Source: the human T2T-CHM13v2.0 reference genome, Homo sapiens. Taken from it: a stretch of DNA of 64,000 nucleotides. The notes beneath the pieces were generated by a model that was not told the DNA's origin, searched no databases, and saw nothing but the letters and a program-made list of their open reading frames with translations. The position numbers and the translations under genes were made by a program. Of the stretch, positions 46,301-59,789 are shown in pieces; within the stretch, counting starts at the first letter, position 1, and each line of letters starts with the position of its first letter. The stretch lies in NCBI RefSeq assembly GCF_009914755.1, contig NC_060925.1; one strand, written 5' to 3'.

Positions 46301-47197
46301 CAGAATCTATAGGAAATGAAATCAGCAAGAAAAAGAATTAGCTCAATTAAAAAATGGGCAAAGGACATTAACAGACACTTCTCAAAAGAAGACATATAAG
46401 CAGCCAATAAACATAAAAAAATGCTCAACATCACTAATCATCAGAAAAATGCAAATCAAAACCACAATGAGATACCATACACCAATCAGAATGGCTACTA
46501 TTAAGAAGTCAAAAAATAACAGATGTTGGTGAAGTTGTAGAGAAAAGAGAATGTAGTGTATACACTATTGGTGGGAGTGGAAATTAGTTCAGTTCTTTTG
46601 GAAAGCAGTTTGGAGATTTCGCAAAGAACAAAAAATTGAATTACCATTCAACCCAGCAATTTCATTACTGGGTATATACCCAAGGGAAAATAAATAATTC
46701 TACTAAAAATATACCTGTGCTCATATGTTTGTCACAGCACTATTCACAATAGCAAAGACATGGAAGCAACCCAGGTGCCTATCAAAGGTGGACCGGATAA
46801 AGAAAATGTGGTACATATATACCATGGAATACTATGTAACCATAAGAAAGAACAAAATCATGTGCTTTGCAGCAATATGGATGCAGCTGGAGGACATTAT
46901 CCTAAGTGAATTAACACAAACATAAAACCAAATATGGCAGGTTCTTACTTATGAGTTGGAGCTACGTAAGTTGGAATACACACGGACACAAAGATGGAAA
47001 CAATAGATACTGGGATTCCAAAAAGGGGGAGAGGGCATGACAGGGTAAATGTTGAAAAACAACCCATTAGGTACTATGTTTGCTACTTGGGTGATGGGAT
47101 ATTAGAAGCCCAAACCTCAGCATCATGTAATATACCCATGCAACAAACTTGCGCATATATCCCCTGAGTCTAAAAGTAAAAATGTAAATAAATTGAT
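43367..47197 (+). mobile_element. 5'-truncated L1PB-type LINE-1 with decayed ORF2 and 3' UTR
   Basis: Translated fragments match L1 ORF2: endonuclease-region LDQLDLIDNYRIFHP...YSKSDHMLSHK and RT-region [18 protein letters not shown]. There are many stops and frameshifts. The FADD catalytic region is disrupted by a deletion near 45257. PB-type 3' end AGAAGCCCAAACCTCAGCATC. TSD AAAAATTGT(A/G)GTAA at 43353-43366 and 47198-47211. Confidence 0.95.
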
Positions 47198-47631
47198 AAA
47201 AATTGTGGTAAAATACATATTACATAAAATTTACAATCTTAACCATTTTAGGTGTACAGTTCAGTAGTGTTTAGTATATTCACGTTGCTGTGCAACCACT
47301 CTTCAGAACTCCTCATCTTGCAAAACTGAAATTCTGTAAACATTGAACAACTTCACATTTTCCTCCCCCTTCCCCCAGCCCCTGGCAACCACCATTCCAT
47401 TCTCTGTCTCTATGAATTGAATACAACAGGTATCTCATATAAGTGGAATCAAACAATATTTATCTTTTTGTGACTGGCTTATTTAACTCAGCACAGTGTC
47501 TTCAAGTTTCATCCATGTTGTAGCCTCTGTCAGAATTCTCTTCCTTTTTAAGGCTGAACAATATTCCATTGTACGTATGTTCCACATTTTATTTAGTCAT
47601 CATTCATCCATCTACTGACACTTGAGTTGCT
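47198..47631 (-). mobile_element. L1MB-type 3' end
   Basis: TTGTGGTAAAATACATATTACATAAAATTTACAATCTTAACCATTTTAGGTGTACAGTTCAGT...CCCCTGGCAACCACCATTC. Confidence 0.9.
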
Positions 47632-47779
47632 TGGCCAGGACTTTTGAATTCTGTCTCCACGACTTCTTAGCTGTACACCTTGGACAAGTGACTTAACCTC
47701 TTTGTGCTTTTTTCCTCCTCTGTCAAGTGCAGATAACAATATTATCTTCCTCATGGGATTGGTAATAATTTTTGGAGGT

Positions 47780-48258
47780 ACTGTTGGCATCTGCCCAGAT
47801 CCTCTGGTTCCCTTTTACTGGTTATGTGTGCCCAGCCCCTAGTTGCTGGGGGTGTTACTGCTGAAAGCACAACTACCTCTAAAGGGTAGCCCTTTGATGA
47901 CTAGAGCTACTAGCTTGGGGCTATCAGGGAGGTGATGACCTTACCCTCAGGGGTGGCCACTGGACATGACTGCATGGGGAAGGGTGAGTACTCTTGTGTA
48001 GGGGATACAGGAACCCAACTCCCTTGTCTTAAAGTGGGACACACTGTACAATGCAGTTATGTTCCTGAACTCCCCATGGGATCAGGATCAGGCTGAGGCT
48101 AGACTTCGTCTGAACTGCGTCTTTGCTTAATTTCTTGCTGTTCTCTTCCTATTTCCCTTACCTCATTACAGATTTCTCTTGAGAGCATTCTTTGAAAAAA
48201 AGTCCCTTGCACAAAAATTCCCATCCAAGGTTCTGCTTCTAAAAACCTAACCTAATAG
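47780..48258 (+). mobile_element. LTR16-family (ERVL) LTR
   Basis: CTGAACTCCCCATGGGATCAGG...CTTGCACAAAAATTCCCATCCAAGGTTCTGCTTCT...ACCTAA. Confidence 0.75.
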
Positions 48259-48419
48259 CTACCATTTTATTGAACACTTACTCTATGCCAGACAGCATTC
48301 TAAGCATTCTAAGCACTCAACTAATTTAATCCTCTCACACATAGGCACTATGAAAAAGAGTCCATAATGTATATAAATATTCCATTAGAAGTTAACTCTT
48401 GAGACTACCAGTAAGTCAG

Positions 48420-48585
48420 CCAAAAGACAAGAGGCTCTCTCTGCCATGTGAAGACACAGCAAGAAGGTGGCTGTCTGCAAGCCAGCAAGGGAGCCCTCAG
48501 CAGCAACCAAACTTTGATCCTGGACTTTCTAGTCTCTAGAAATGTGAGAAAGAAATTTCTGTTGCTTAAGCCCCACAAAAACAGA
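48420..48585 (+). mobile_element. MaLR (MLT1A/MSTD-like) LTR 3' fragment
   Basis: GCCATGTGAAGACACAGCAAGAAGGTGGCTGTCTGCAAGCCAG...GTGAGAAAGAAATTTCTGTTG. Confidence 0.8.
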
Positions 48586-50333
48586 AACCTCAACATAGCT
48601 CTTATTACCATTATTGCTGCTCCAGTTGTTGGCTGGTCTGTCTGTACTAAAGAGGGAGCTGGTCCAGGGGGAAAGGAGAAAGGAAAATGAGAACCATAGG
48701 GTCTTATTAAGAAGAGGTCTTAGCAACAGAAAGATCACACAATACCACATATTTCCAATTGGAAAGAGAAAGCAAGACAATCCACTGACAGCATGAGGTT
48801 GAGCATAACAATCTCTCTAGGCCTGTTTTCCCATCTATGAAATGTTGGTCTAGATAAAGGAATAGACATAGATTTCATCTTAGGAGTCCACTGTGATCAA
48901 TTAGTAGTGGCTTCTTGGAGTGCTGTTGGGAAAATGATCCTGGATTTGTATCTCTGCCCTGCAGGAAAGAGAATTATGATCTATTGGTGATGTCTACCCC
49001 AGGGGTGGGAGAGAAGAGTGACAGTGAACATGCTGTGTATTTGCAATTTATGGATGGTTGAATTTGAAGGCCTCTTCTAACTCTGATGGCCTGTGCTTCT
49101 GTGATACTAAACTCTAATAGTGTTTAGAAGGCTCTGCCAATGTGTTTGGAGAAAAAAGAGGTCAATAGTTAAGAAGAGAGATGAAAGACGAGCATTGCGC
49201 AAGGGGGAGGCCAAGGCCAGTTAGCAGATAACTGCCGCTTTCTTACTGCTCCTTCCATTTCCTCTTGGATGGAATCCACTCTCTCTGCCTTCCTAGTCCA
49301 CTTCAGGTGGAATTAATCTCTGGCTCTAGGGGTGGCCACGTGATCTAGTGACTAAGATCATTGGATTCCCTTGGTTTTGTGCATGACCTAACCAGAGTTA
49401 GTGAGATGAAATGAGGCTTTTGTTGGGACTCTTTTCTGAGAGAGAGGCAGCGTTCTTTTCCATTGGACTTGCATCTGGGAAGTTGTAGCCTGGATCTTCT
49501 GGCAGCCCTCCTTTCACCATGGGCTGCTTGACAAAGAGGCCAATATGAAGAAACATAAAGTCAAGAGATGACAAGAGATGGAGTAATGGAGACATCTTTG
49601 TGGCCCCTGGATCCGGCCATACCTGATGTGGACATCTGGATTCTTTAGTTATACAAGCCAATAATATTTGTTTTGCTTAACTTAGTTTCAGCCTTAAAGG
49701 ACATACCCAACATTGTTACCATCAATGTCGTCAAACCCTTATGTCCATCTACCATGAGTGGACCTCTGTGCTGCAGAGACTGAAATGTGCTACGTCCCAG
49801 GCTCCCACTGCCACCTCTTCTCTTTAAGACCCTCACAATTTAGGAGGCTGCTTTTTGAGGCCCTGGAGGACTCAGCCTGCATCTAGTCTATGAACTCTCC
49901 CTGAGCCGGATTCCCAAGATGAATTACACCTTCCCTGACAGCTTCATGGCAAATGAGGAAACTAAATAAACAAAAGGGGCCTGGAACTTCTCTGATAGGT
50001 CTTGACCTCTGAATAGGGGCCCTGTGAATAAAGTTACTTTATTTTTAGGATACCAAACTTGCCAATAAGGAAATGGAGGTTCAGAGGAGTGCACCGACAT
50101 TTTCAGTCTCCCAGCTCCTTCAAAGCAGGTTTCTCCTCCTGGCTCCAGGCCCCGGGCTGTCTCTACTCCCAGTTTGCTCACCTGTCAGCAGTGCCCCAGG
50201 GCTTGCCTTCTTCCGTCTCCAGTTGGGGTAGTGGTGCCAAGTTCGACAGTCTAGGGACTGTGGAAAGTGCTGATAGTGGCTTGCACACGGTCTGTGCTCA
50301 ATAACTGTTGAATGTGTGAGTTGATTGATAGAA

Positions 50334-51310
50334 TGTCTTAGCCTGAGTTTCTCTCAAGAGCAGAGTCTGGAACAAAGACTTAAATGAAGATCATCCATTT
50401 GTGAATGTGACTCCAAGGCAGAAATGAAGTGGGGGTGAAAAAAGGGAGGAACACAGCTACCATGAGTTTCACCAGCCTCCAGGATGGCCCCAGTGAGCTG
50501 TGCATCCTGGTATTAATACCCTTGTGTCGTAATCCCCCAACACTGAAGAGGGCTGACCTTTGTGACTATACAGTATTGGAGAAATGATAACATGTGGTTT
50601 CCAAGGCTGGGTCATAGGAGGCATTGAAGCTTCTGTTGTGCTCTCTTGGATCACCTTCTCTGGGGGAAGCCAGGTGCCATGTCATGAGGACATGACAGGT
50701 CCCCCTTTGGGGAGGTCTATTTGCTGAGGAACTGAGGCATCCTGCCAAGAGCCAGCATGAACCTTCCTCATGTTGGGCACAAGAGTGCACTGTCTTGGAA
50801 TTGGACCCTTCAGCTTCAGTCAAGCCTTCAGATGAGTGCAGACCCAGCCAATATTGTGACTGCAACCTCATGAGAGACCCCAAGCCAGAACAACCCCACT
50901 AAGCTATTTCCACATTTCTGACCCACAGAAACTAAGATTTTTAGTGTTTATTGTTGCTTTTAGCCATTGAGTTTTTGGATGATAATAAGTTTCATTATTG
51001 AATTGGCCCCTGCTATGAGTCACTAGTTGTTTGAGTCCAACAGACCTCTGTGAAGCCTGTAAAATGTATCTCAAGACTGTCTGTCCAGGGGAAAATAGGG
51101 GAAGCATTAACCCACTGGTTTCCATCTTCCATTGTCTTAGGGCTGCCTCACAGGCATTGGCTCCTCTGCACTTGTGGTTACACGTGTGTGTATGCCAAGA
51201 GGGTCCCTGTGGGCATCCTACATCATGGAGTGAGGAAGTCTCCAGGCAGGAAACGAGAGGATGTGATTAGGTCTGAGGTGAGAAACCATCAGCTCACACC
51301 CACACAAAGC
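50334..51310 (-). mobile_element. LTR16A-like LTR split by MLT1F
   Basis: TGTCTTAGCCTGAGTTTCTCTCAAGAGCAGAGTCTG at the start. It resumes at about 51000 (CTCAAGACTGTCTGTCCAGGGG). Confidence 0.6.
50462..50990 (+). mobile_element. MLT1F-like LTR
   Basis: CAGCCTCCAGGATGGCCCCAGTGA...GACTGCAACCTCATGAGAGACC...TGACCCACAGAAACT. Confidence 0.85.
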
Positions 51311-51591
51311 TGACTGAAGCCTGAGTAGAACTGTCATCATAGTAGCGGCTGGAGCAAGAGGTGGCTGAGAGGATAGGAATTCGGTGCCCAAGAGGGGTCC
51401 GGTACACTGAGTGACTGAGTGAGTGCGGAGTGGGCAAAAGTGTAAGGGAATGGTTGACTGAGTGGATAATGGGGTCAGCAGGGGAGGGAGGAGGAGATGA
51501 ATGAGTCCACATTGGGGTGGTCACCCACCTGCAAGCACTGCAAGAAAAATCACCCTCCTGGTCCATTGGTGCAGTCTCAAGGCCCAGGCAT

Positions 51592-51742
51592 AGCATGAGC
51601 CTTCCACATGTTGGGCATGTGAGTACACCATCTTGGAATTGGATCCTCCATCCCCAGTCAAGCTTTCCGATGAGTGCAGTCCCAGCCAATATCATGACTG
51701 CAACCTCATGAGAGAAACCCAAGCCAGAACAACCCAGCTAAG
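51592..51742 (+). repeat. Local duplicate of the internal MLT1F segment 50754-50903
   Basis: About 85% identical by eye, with shared idiosyncratic sequence. Confidence 0.8.
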
Positions 51743-53039
51743 GGGAGTGAACATACGAGAGCCTTTACCTCCAGATCCTGGTAGAACCCCCTCTAAGTGA
51801 ATGGCCCCTTGTTCCATTCAGCTCCATCCCCTCTTCATTCTCTCCTCAAAAGTTGGTGAGGAGGTGTCGAGCATTGTCACTGAGCTCCAGGAGAATGAGA
51901 CTTCTAAGAAAGAGAGAGATTGGGGGGGGGGTGTGGGGTAAGAGGGAGATAGCCATCAGCAGTGCCTCTGGCTGGCTGGCACCTAACACAAGGCAGAGTT
52001 GGGCCAGAGGGAGAGTCCACAGCACTTTTTCTTCCAAGCAGTGTCCTGCTAGAGAAATAACCTCATTCTCTGGAAGACTAACAGGAAAATCACAGACCTT
52101 GAAGATGTTTCACCACCTGGAAACTGGACCGGAACAACTGTTCGCGAGGCTGGGAGTGCAAGGCTGGACTTCTAAGAGAGTCTCAGATCAGTGGCCACTT
52201 GACTGAACATCTCTGCCTCCCTTTCCCCCCTAAAAACAGGTCACAAATGACAACTCTCACACCTCATGCCACCCTTGTGTCATCCACATTATCATGATTG
52301 TCCCTATTTTACAGATGGAGAAAGTGAGGCCCAAAGTGAGAATGTGATTTGCCTGAGGTTATGGAGTTGCATGCGTGTGGTGAGATGGGAATGGAAACTT
52401 GTTCAGGGTTCTTTTTCATCCTTCCCCAAAAGAGAGGCTATAAGATGCCTGATGTCATGAGGAGAAGGAAAGTGCACTGTAGCATGATTTTAAAAAAGGG
52501 TAGCAAGAGCCCTAAATCATAACCCTGCAGACCTGGTTTGAACTCAAGCCCTGTCCTTAGCTGTGAGATCCTGGACAAGAGATTCCCCACTCTGTGTATT
52601 CCCTTTCCCTGTGGAGGAGGAGGGAGCTGGGCTGAATGCACAATGTAGTTCTTCTGACTGTAACCCTGGCCAGGAATCTCAGTGGAGTGCTAGCTCATGT
52701 ACCAGGCACGAAAAACAGCAAACATACTTGTCTGCTGGACACAGGACAGAGGACAACTTGGTGAGGCTGGCACAACTAAGCCCATTTACAAACCAAGAAA
52801 CAGAGGCTCTGAGAGGTTAGTTAACTCACCCATAGACACAAAATGGCTAGGGTATGGAAGCAAGATCTGAGCGCAGGTCCGTCTAGCCACCAAGCTACGC
52901 AGTTTCCTAAGGAAAAGCCTTTAATTTTCTTGCCGTGGCTGCTAATGATGATAAACATCAACAACCACCATTTATCGGGCATCTCCTGTTTGTCAGGCAT
53001 TATTCTAGGTGATTTTACTTGCAATGTCTCTTCATCAGT

Positions 53040-53525
53040 GGTGACCTTTTCATTTGCAAGTGAAGAAATTCCACTCAAACTGGTTCAAATAAAATGTTAT
53101 TTATTGGCTCATAGAATTGTTAAATCCAGGGCTGGATCCCTGAACAGCCAGATCCAGGGGCTCGAATCCTGCTTTCAGTTTTCTTCATTCAACTTTCCTG
53201 TGTGACTGCATTCCCTCCTATGGGAAATAGACTTTTTCTGTGGGGCTGCCCCCAGATTTCCATTCTTCTGACTTATTCACCCCAGTGGAATAGAGATCAT
53301 CTCTCACCCAAAATCTGTATAGTCATTCCAGGGAAGGCCTGTGATTGGCTCTCCTCTGGAGCATAAGCCCATCTCTGGGCCAATCAGTGCTTCCAGAGTG
53401 ATGGGATTTTGTGATTGGCCAGACACCCATCACTTGCCCACCTCTGCGGGTGTAGTGGGGTGGAGGTGGGGTTCAATGATAGGCAGTCCTACTGGAATGC
53501 TCAAAAAAGACAATCTATATCCAGT
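53040..53525 (-). mobile_element. Old MLT1-type LTR
   Basis: TTTGCAAGTGAAGAAATTCCACTCAAACTGG...TTTATTGGCTCATAG...GTGATTGGCCAG. Confidence 0.65.
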
Positions 53526-54159
53526 TCAGTCTCATTAACCCTCACACAAATACCCCATGAGAAAGGTACGCGACACCCTGCACTTTACAGATGAGAACAT
53601 GGAGGGTCAGAAAGGATGAATAATCTGTCCAGGTCACATAGCTGGCAAGTGACCCTGGGCAACTCATTCAGACTCACTAGAAAGAATCTGGAAGACTGGA
53701 ACTAGGTTAAATCGAATGAATAAAGCATCATTGAGCACTTACTATCTGCAAAGCTGCAAGGAGGAGCAGGAGACTTGCCCCTGCCAATGGGGTATCTCCC
53801 ATCTACCCAGGGAAAGCAGAGTTAAAAAACAACAATGGATTTGAGCAGTAGTTGGAGGCAGCAATAGAAGGGTTGCCGCAAGGCTGTCGGTGATTAATTG
53901 CTAAATGAGTGGTACAGACAGTAATTGCTTCAGGAGTTCAGAGGAGAAAGTGAAGACCATGGGCTGCAGTCAGGAAAGTGTTTCTGAAAGAGAGAAGCTC
54001 TGAACTTTGGCTTGAAGGACAGGAGGATTTGCAGAGGTAGTAAGGAAGAGGCAGGGCTTCTTGCATGGGTGAGAGGGTGTGATAGCCAGGGATTCCAAGC
54101 TCTGCAATTCTGTGGCTTAGGAAAGAAAAAAACAAAAAACAGGCCCTGTTTAATACCTC

Positions 54160-54370
54160 ACAAGTTCTAATCTCAGTTCTGCCACCTCTGAGCTGTGTGG
54201 CCTTGGGCAAGTCACTTCACCTCTCTGATCCTCAGGCTTTTCATCTGTAAACTGGGAGATAGGATTCCTGTTCTGCCTACCTCACCAGGTTGTTGTGAGG
54301 ATGGAATGAAATTATGTGTCTGAAAGTGCCTTGGAAACCATAAAGTACTTGGTAAATAGAAGCAATGATT
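54160..54370 (+). mobile_element. MIR
   Basis: GCTGTGTGGCCTTGGGCAAGTCACTTCACCTCTCTG...CATCTGTAAACTGGG...GGTTGTTGTGAGGAT. Confidence 0.9.
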
Positions 54371-54862
54371 ATAGATAGGAGGCCAGACACATTTATTCTT
54401 AGCCTGGGGGTTCCCGACAATATGTCAAGGAAGACTTGTAATTCTCTTCTCTTCTGTCTTGAGCCCCCAGGCTTTATTTTAGGATGGCCTAGTGCATAAA
54501 CAGATTTGAAGCCAAAATCATCTGCTTCCAAAACCTGGCCCTGCCACTTACCTCGAGGGACTTATTCATTCAGGTCTCTAAGCCCCACTATGAGGATTAA
54601 AAGAGATTGGGCATGAAAGTGCCTAGTACAATACCTGGCATAAAGTGGGTGAATTTATTTCAAATGCTATTTTTCCTGTGGGGATGCCCTTCCCAAAGCA
54701 CTTATTTTATGTTTAGAGGCAATGTAGGGCCAGGAAAATAGGAGGCTCTGATCAGCCAGACCCAGGTCACATGACCAGCCCTGACCCTGGAGAGGGGACT
54801 GGGCCACACTCAGCCATGTGACTGGAGAGTGGGGAGGCAGGGTGTGTATTTCTCCACTGTTG

Positions 54863-55062
54863 TAGCAGTCAGCAAACTACTGTTCATGGGGCAGACCTGG
54901 CCCACAGCTTGCTTTAGTGCCACCCACAGCTAAGGATAGTTTTTACATTTGTAGAGGGCTTAATTAAAAAACACAACAAAGACTGCTACAAAGACTTATG
55001 TGGTCTACAAATCCTAAAATATTTACTATCTGGCTCTTCACAGGAAAAGTTTCTGACCCCTG
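54863..55062 (+). mobile_element. MER58 (C-like) hAT-Charlie MITE
   Basis: GTCAGCAAACTAC...CCTAAAATATTTACTATCTGGCTCTTCACAGGAAAAGTTTCTGACCCCTG. Confidence 0.85.
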
Positions 55063-55187
55063 ATCTATCTCGTTGTAAACAGAATAAACCAACTATTCTC
55101 AGATCCAACATTTAATGAGTCTAATGAGAGGTCGTTCTTCATAGAGCAACATAAGGTTATTTCTGAATAAGCAAAGGTTTTGGGAGG

Positions 55188-55690
55188 TGTATCAGTCAGG
55201 ACCCAACCAGGAAGACAGAAGCTGCCCTAAGTAAGTATTTAAAACAGCAGGGATAGATAAGGGCTTACTAAGTAAATCGGCATCTACAGGTGATGGAAGA
55301 GCTGGAAAATAAAACATTGGAAAGGAAGCTGCTATGAACCCTAGGCTGCTGGGAAAAGGGAGCAGATGGTGGTACAGGAGCCCAGGCAGCCAATGGGGAG
55401 CTGGAACCACAGCCACCCTGTCCCTGTCCAGTGGTGCTAGAGTCATGGAGGAGGGGCGGCCACTGGAGAACTGCTTAGCGGAAAGTAAGGGAGAGAATTA
55501 CTCTAGCTTCTCTTCCTCCTGCCCTTTCAATTTTCCAACAGTGCCTCCTACTGGCTAAATCCCACCAGAAGCCAGTCCCCGTGGGAGTCGGCAACTCAGA
55601 CTGCAGGGTTGGGCTCTCCCCTGCTTAATAGACCAAACATGGGCTAGGGGGGAATGAGGGAGGGGCAACCAGGCCCAGGATCAGCCAGAA
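55188..55690 (-). mobile_element. LTR33-like (ERVL) LTR
   Basis: TGTATCAGTCAGGACCCAACCAGGAAGACAGAA...CAGTGCCTCCTACTGGCTAAATCCCACCAGAAGCCAG. Confidence 0.65.
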
Positions 55691-56632
55691 GGGATATGTG
55701 GATTCTGCTAAAATTCAGGCCCCCTGATGACCATTGACAAGGCTGAATGCCTGGGACCGTAAAAAGTATATCTATATGGAGGGAGGGGAGGGAAGGGTGA
55801 GAATTCGTACAGCATCCGAGTTCACTGCAGTGCCCACCTTGGTCGCTCACAGGAGATAGATGTCCCCATTTATTGCCTCTTGTTTGTAATTTGCAGTCAG
55901 CTTTTATGAGTCCTAAGTGGTCTTCCTCTTCTCACTTGCTACCATTCCTTTCTCAGTTCGGGATTTCCTCCTCTTCCTGCTCACAAAGGTGTAAACAGTT
56001 TCTCAAGTTCAGACATTCTTTGACCCCCTTCTCAGTGTTGCCTTACTCAGATATCATGTCATCACTTCTGTTGTGTCTGCGTACCACGTGTTCCATTGTT
56101 TTCTCCACTTTATTTTTGAACACATTAATAAATTTAGTAATGGAGAAAACTTCTGATCACTGCTGTACATAGAAAATCAGAATCATATGCCATCAATATA
56201 AATAAATACCGTGAAACCCAATCAGTGTTAATTAAATTCTGGCTAGATCCTGCAGCTTAGGCAAAGACCATGAATATGAGGCTCTTTGTTAAAAAGGGAA
56301 AATGTTAAAAAATAAACATCGTTGAAGAGTAGCACCAAGGGAGATGACTCATTGGTGTAATCAGAGGGACTGAAATAGAATTCAAGAGGGATTAGCTCTG
56401 ACCCTGTGTGATTTGGGGTTATCAATGCCACCAATGCCATTTCTCCTAACACCTGAAATCTGTGAAATGAGAATATCTTGGGCACCTGAAATCACTAAGG
56501 AAAGCTCAAGCTGGGAACTGCTCAGGGCAAACCTGCTTCCCATTCTATTCAAAGCACTCCTTTTCTCACTGAGACTGGTGCATATCTGATTTGCCTCCTT
56601 TGGAGAGGCTAATCAGAAACTCAAAAGAGTCA

Positions 56633-56946
<314 letters not shown>

Positions 56947-57106
56947 AAGTTCAAAGGAATGTTACCATTTGCGTATCACCTCTCTGTTACCTGGAAGCTC
57001 CCTCACCACTTCCAGTCTTCCTGCCTTTGCTTCAAGTTGTCCCGTCCTTCCATACTGAACCAATGTACTTCCTACATATATTGATTGATATTTCATGTCT
57101 CCCTAA

Positions 57107-57373
<267 letters not shown>

Positions 57374-58059
57374 GCAAAAGAAACTTTCTAAATTAACTGA
57401 GACCTGTCTCAGATTTTCTAAGTTCACAAATCATACTGAAATCACAGAAAATCTGCTATACACAGATATGTGCCACACCTCAGGAAACCCAACACAGGGC
57501 TTTCTTTCACTCGTACGCTCTGTTAACCCTGCCTCTTAAGTTTTATTAGCCTTTCTCTTGTGCTTATCTGAGTTCTTGCGTACCATTCAGCTGTTTTTCT
57601 TCTCTAAAATTTTTTACACAGTGAAATCTCTGCTGAAGTAAATGGATGCTCAAAGACATTCCACATTCTTTGATTAATTAGACCAACACCCAGAAATGAG
57701 TGAAATGCTTGTAAATGATTTATTTGCTGAATCAGGGCAGAGAGCCCATGTTGACTCTTCCACCTTGTGAAAATTCTAAGTTTGTTTTTAAGACGATTAA
57801 GTGATAAACAGTGACTTATAAATAGTTACAATCTACCTGTCATCTTTAACTGTCATCATTTATGACTTGATGACATTTTTTTATGCTATTACTGGGGTTT
57901 GTGGTTGTTTGCCTAATTGTTGGCATGTTCAGCTGGATTTTAGGGAAATATTTAAGTCGTATGTGTGTATATCCTATTATATTACATATTGCATATGATA
58001 TATGGCAGATTATATGAGATGTGTACTTTTTTTTTTAGTATTTACTGTAGTTTGGGCTC

Positions 58060-58240
58060 TGACTGTAGTGATTTACATGACCTTATTCCTCACTGCAACC
58101 CCATGGGATGGTACTGCCACAATCCCTATTTGTCCAGAAAGAAACTGAAGTTCAGAGAGGTCAAGTTAGTTGCCCAAGGTCACAGGCTACTAAGCGTCAA
58201 AACTGGGATTGAATTCAGACTTGTCTGACCCCAGAGCTGA
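58060..58240 (-). mobile_element. MIR
   Basis: GAAACTGAAGTTCAGAGAGGTCAAGTTAGTTGCCCAAGGTCACAGGCTAC...GACTTGTCTGACCCCAGAGC. Confidence 0.85.
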
Positions 58241-59035
58241 TGATGAAAACCACAGCACTGCATTGCTTCTCTCTTCTGGTCCTAATCCCCCCTGTGGGGA
58301 AACTGAGGCCAGAGAGGGGACCAGCCTTGCTGTCTCATTGCCATTGTCTGAGTCTGGGCAGAAGCCATCCCTCCGCCCCCTGCTGCCTTTTCCTAGCCGC
58401 TCCAGACTCCTGCAGTCCCCAGCACCGGACGGTGCATCGGTTTCCCAACTGCTCCTCTGCATGGGCAGAACTGTCACTGATCAACTGGAAATATTGCTGC
58501 CATTTCTTCTAATTCTCCTGCTTTTTTTTCTGAAGACAGCACAGAGCTTTTTTTCTTCCTGCAGGCCCTAATGTGATTATTTGTGTAGCAGACAAACATA
58601 CAAATGTACATGACTTTGAATTATGGGGAGTGCCAGGATAGACTGTATTTAAAACAACAACTCTATTACTCATAGCTTGAGAAGACGGGGATAGCATTAT
58701 TAGGAGGACTTCTGCTGAAGTTTGCTATGGGATTCCATTCACTGATATTTTAGGTTGATCGTGCCTCACTCAGATTCAACTCATAATGATCAGTTGGCAT
58801 ATTAGGTGCAAGGCTGAAAGCTAGATCTGGGGAGGGGAGTGGCATAAAGAGAAATACAACTTTCTGGTCTTGAGATGCTTCCTGCCTTCCCTGCCACCTT
58901 CCTTTCTTTCCTCTTTCCTTCCTTCTCTCCCCTATCTTCTTTCTTTCTTCCCTCTCCTGCCCTCCTTTCTCACCCCAGCCATGTTTTGGGGGCCCCATTA
59001 CTCTCTGTGCACCCTCGTAAGGTATTCACACGGAG

Positions 59036-59196
59036 TGATACGGTTTGGCTCTGTGTCCTCAGCCAAATCTCATCTTGTAGCTCCCATAATTCCCACATGT
59101 TGTGGGAGGGACCTGGTGGGAGATAATTGAATCAGAGGGGTGGGTCTTTCCGATGCTGTTCTCATGAGAGTGAATAAGTCTCTGTGAGTCATGACG
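59036..59196 (+). mobile_element. THE1 LTR, 5' half only
   Basis: TGATACGGTTTGGCTCTGTGTCC...TAGCTCCCATAATTCCCACATGTTGTGGGAGGGACC...GTGAATAAGTCTC. Confidence 0.92.
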
Positions 59197-59789
59197 GAAC
59201 CCCACGGAGGCGTTCCCGAGAAGGACTCTTTGCCATGACCTTTTGCCTGCCTTGTCCTCTCTTAGGTACGCTGTTCCCTCGTGGCCTGTGACCCTGGCAC
59301 AGAGCCACCCCATGCTTCATCATCAGGCCATTCTTACCTCCCCTGCTGAGACCACCTGGGCTCAGACTTGGCATTCTGGTCATGGTGGGCACAGGGTAGA
59401 GCCCCAGCAAGCAGCCTGTCCCACTCAAAGTCCTCCTCAGAGACACCTCAGTCCAGCCAGCCAAGGTCAACTGATGACAGAACAGCCCCAGGACAAGTCC
59501 TGGGCAGGACCCACTGGTCACCAAGTCCTCACCTTGCTTTCCCACCTGCACACCCCCAAGCTGTGGTCCCCAAGTGACCCGACAGTGCTCCCCCAAGCCC
59601 GTGTCCCCAGTGTCCCAGCCTTGCCCAAACTTAAGCAACAAAATTTCAGAAAGAATTTCTCTGCAGTGGGTTCAGGTCATGACTGCAAGCCCTTGACAGC
59701 TCTCAGACCGCCTCTCCTTCATCTGCTCATGTTGACACTGCCTCCCACATCTGGGCAGCACAGCAAGTGGGGAGGAGTTGGCTCTGGAA

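Noticed and set aside
43367-47197. Potentially active L1 ORF2
   Set aside because: It is 5'-truncated, has multiple stops and frameshifts, and the RT catalytic motif region is disrupted.
53885-53935. TAATT-rich cluster as a homeodomain enhancer
   Set aside because: It lies within what looks like an antisense L2 remnant (about 53715-54100), so the words are probably inherited from the repeat.
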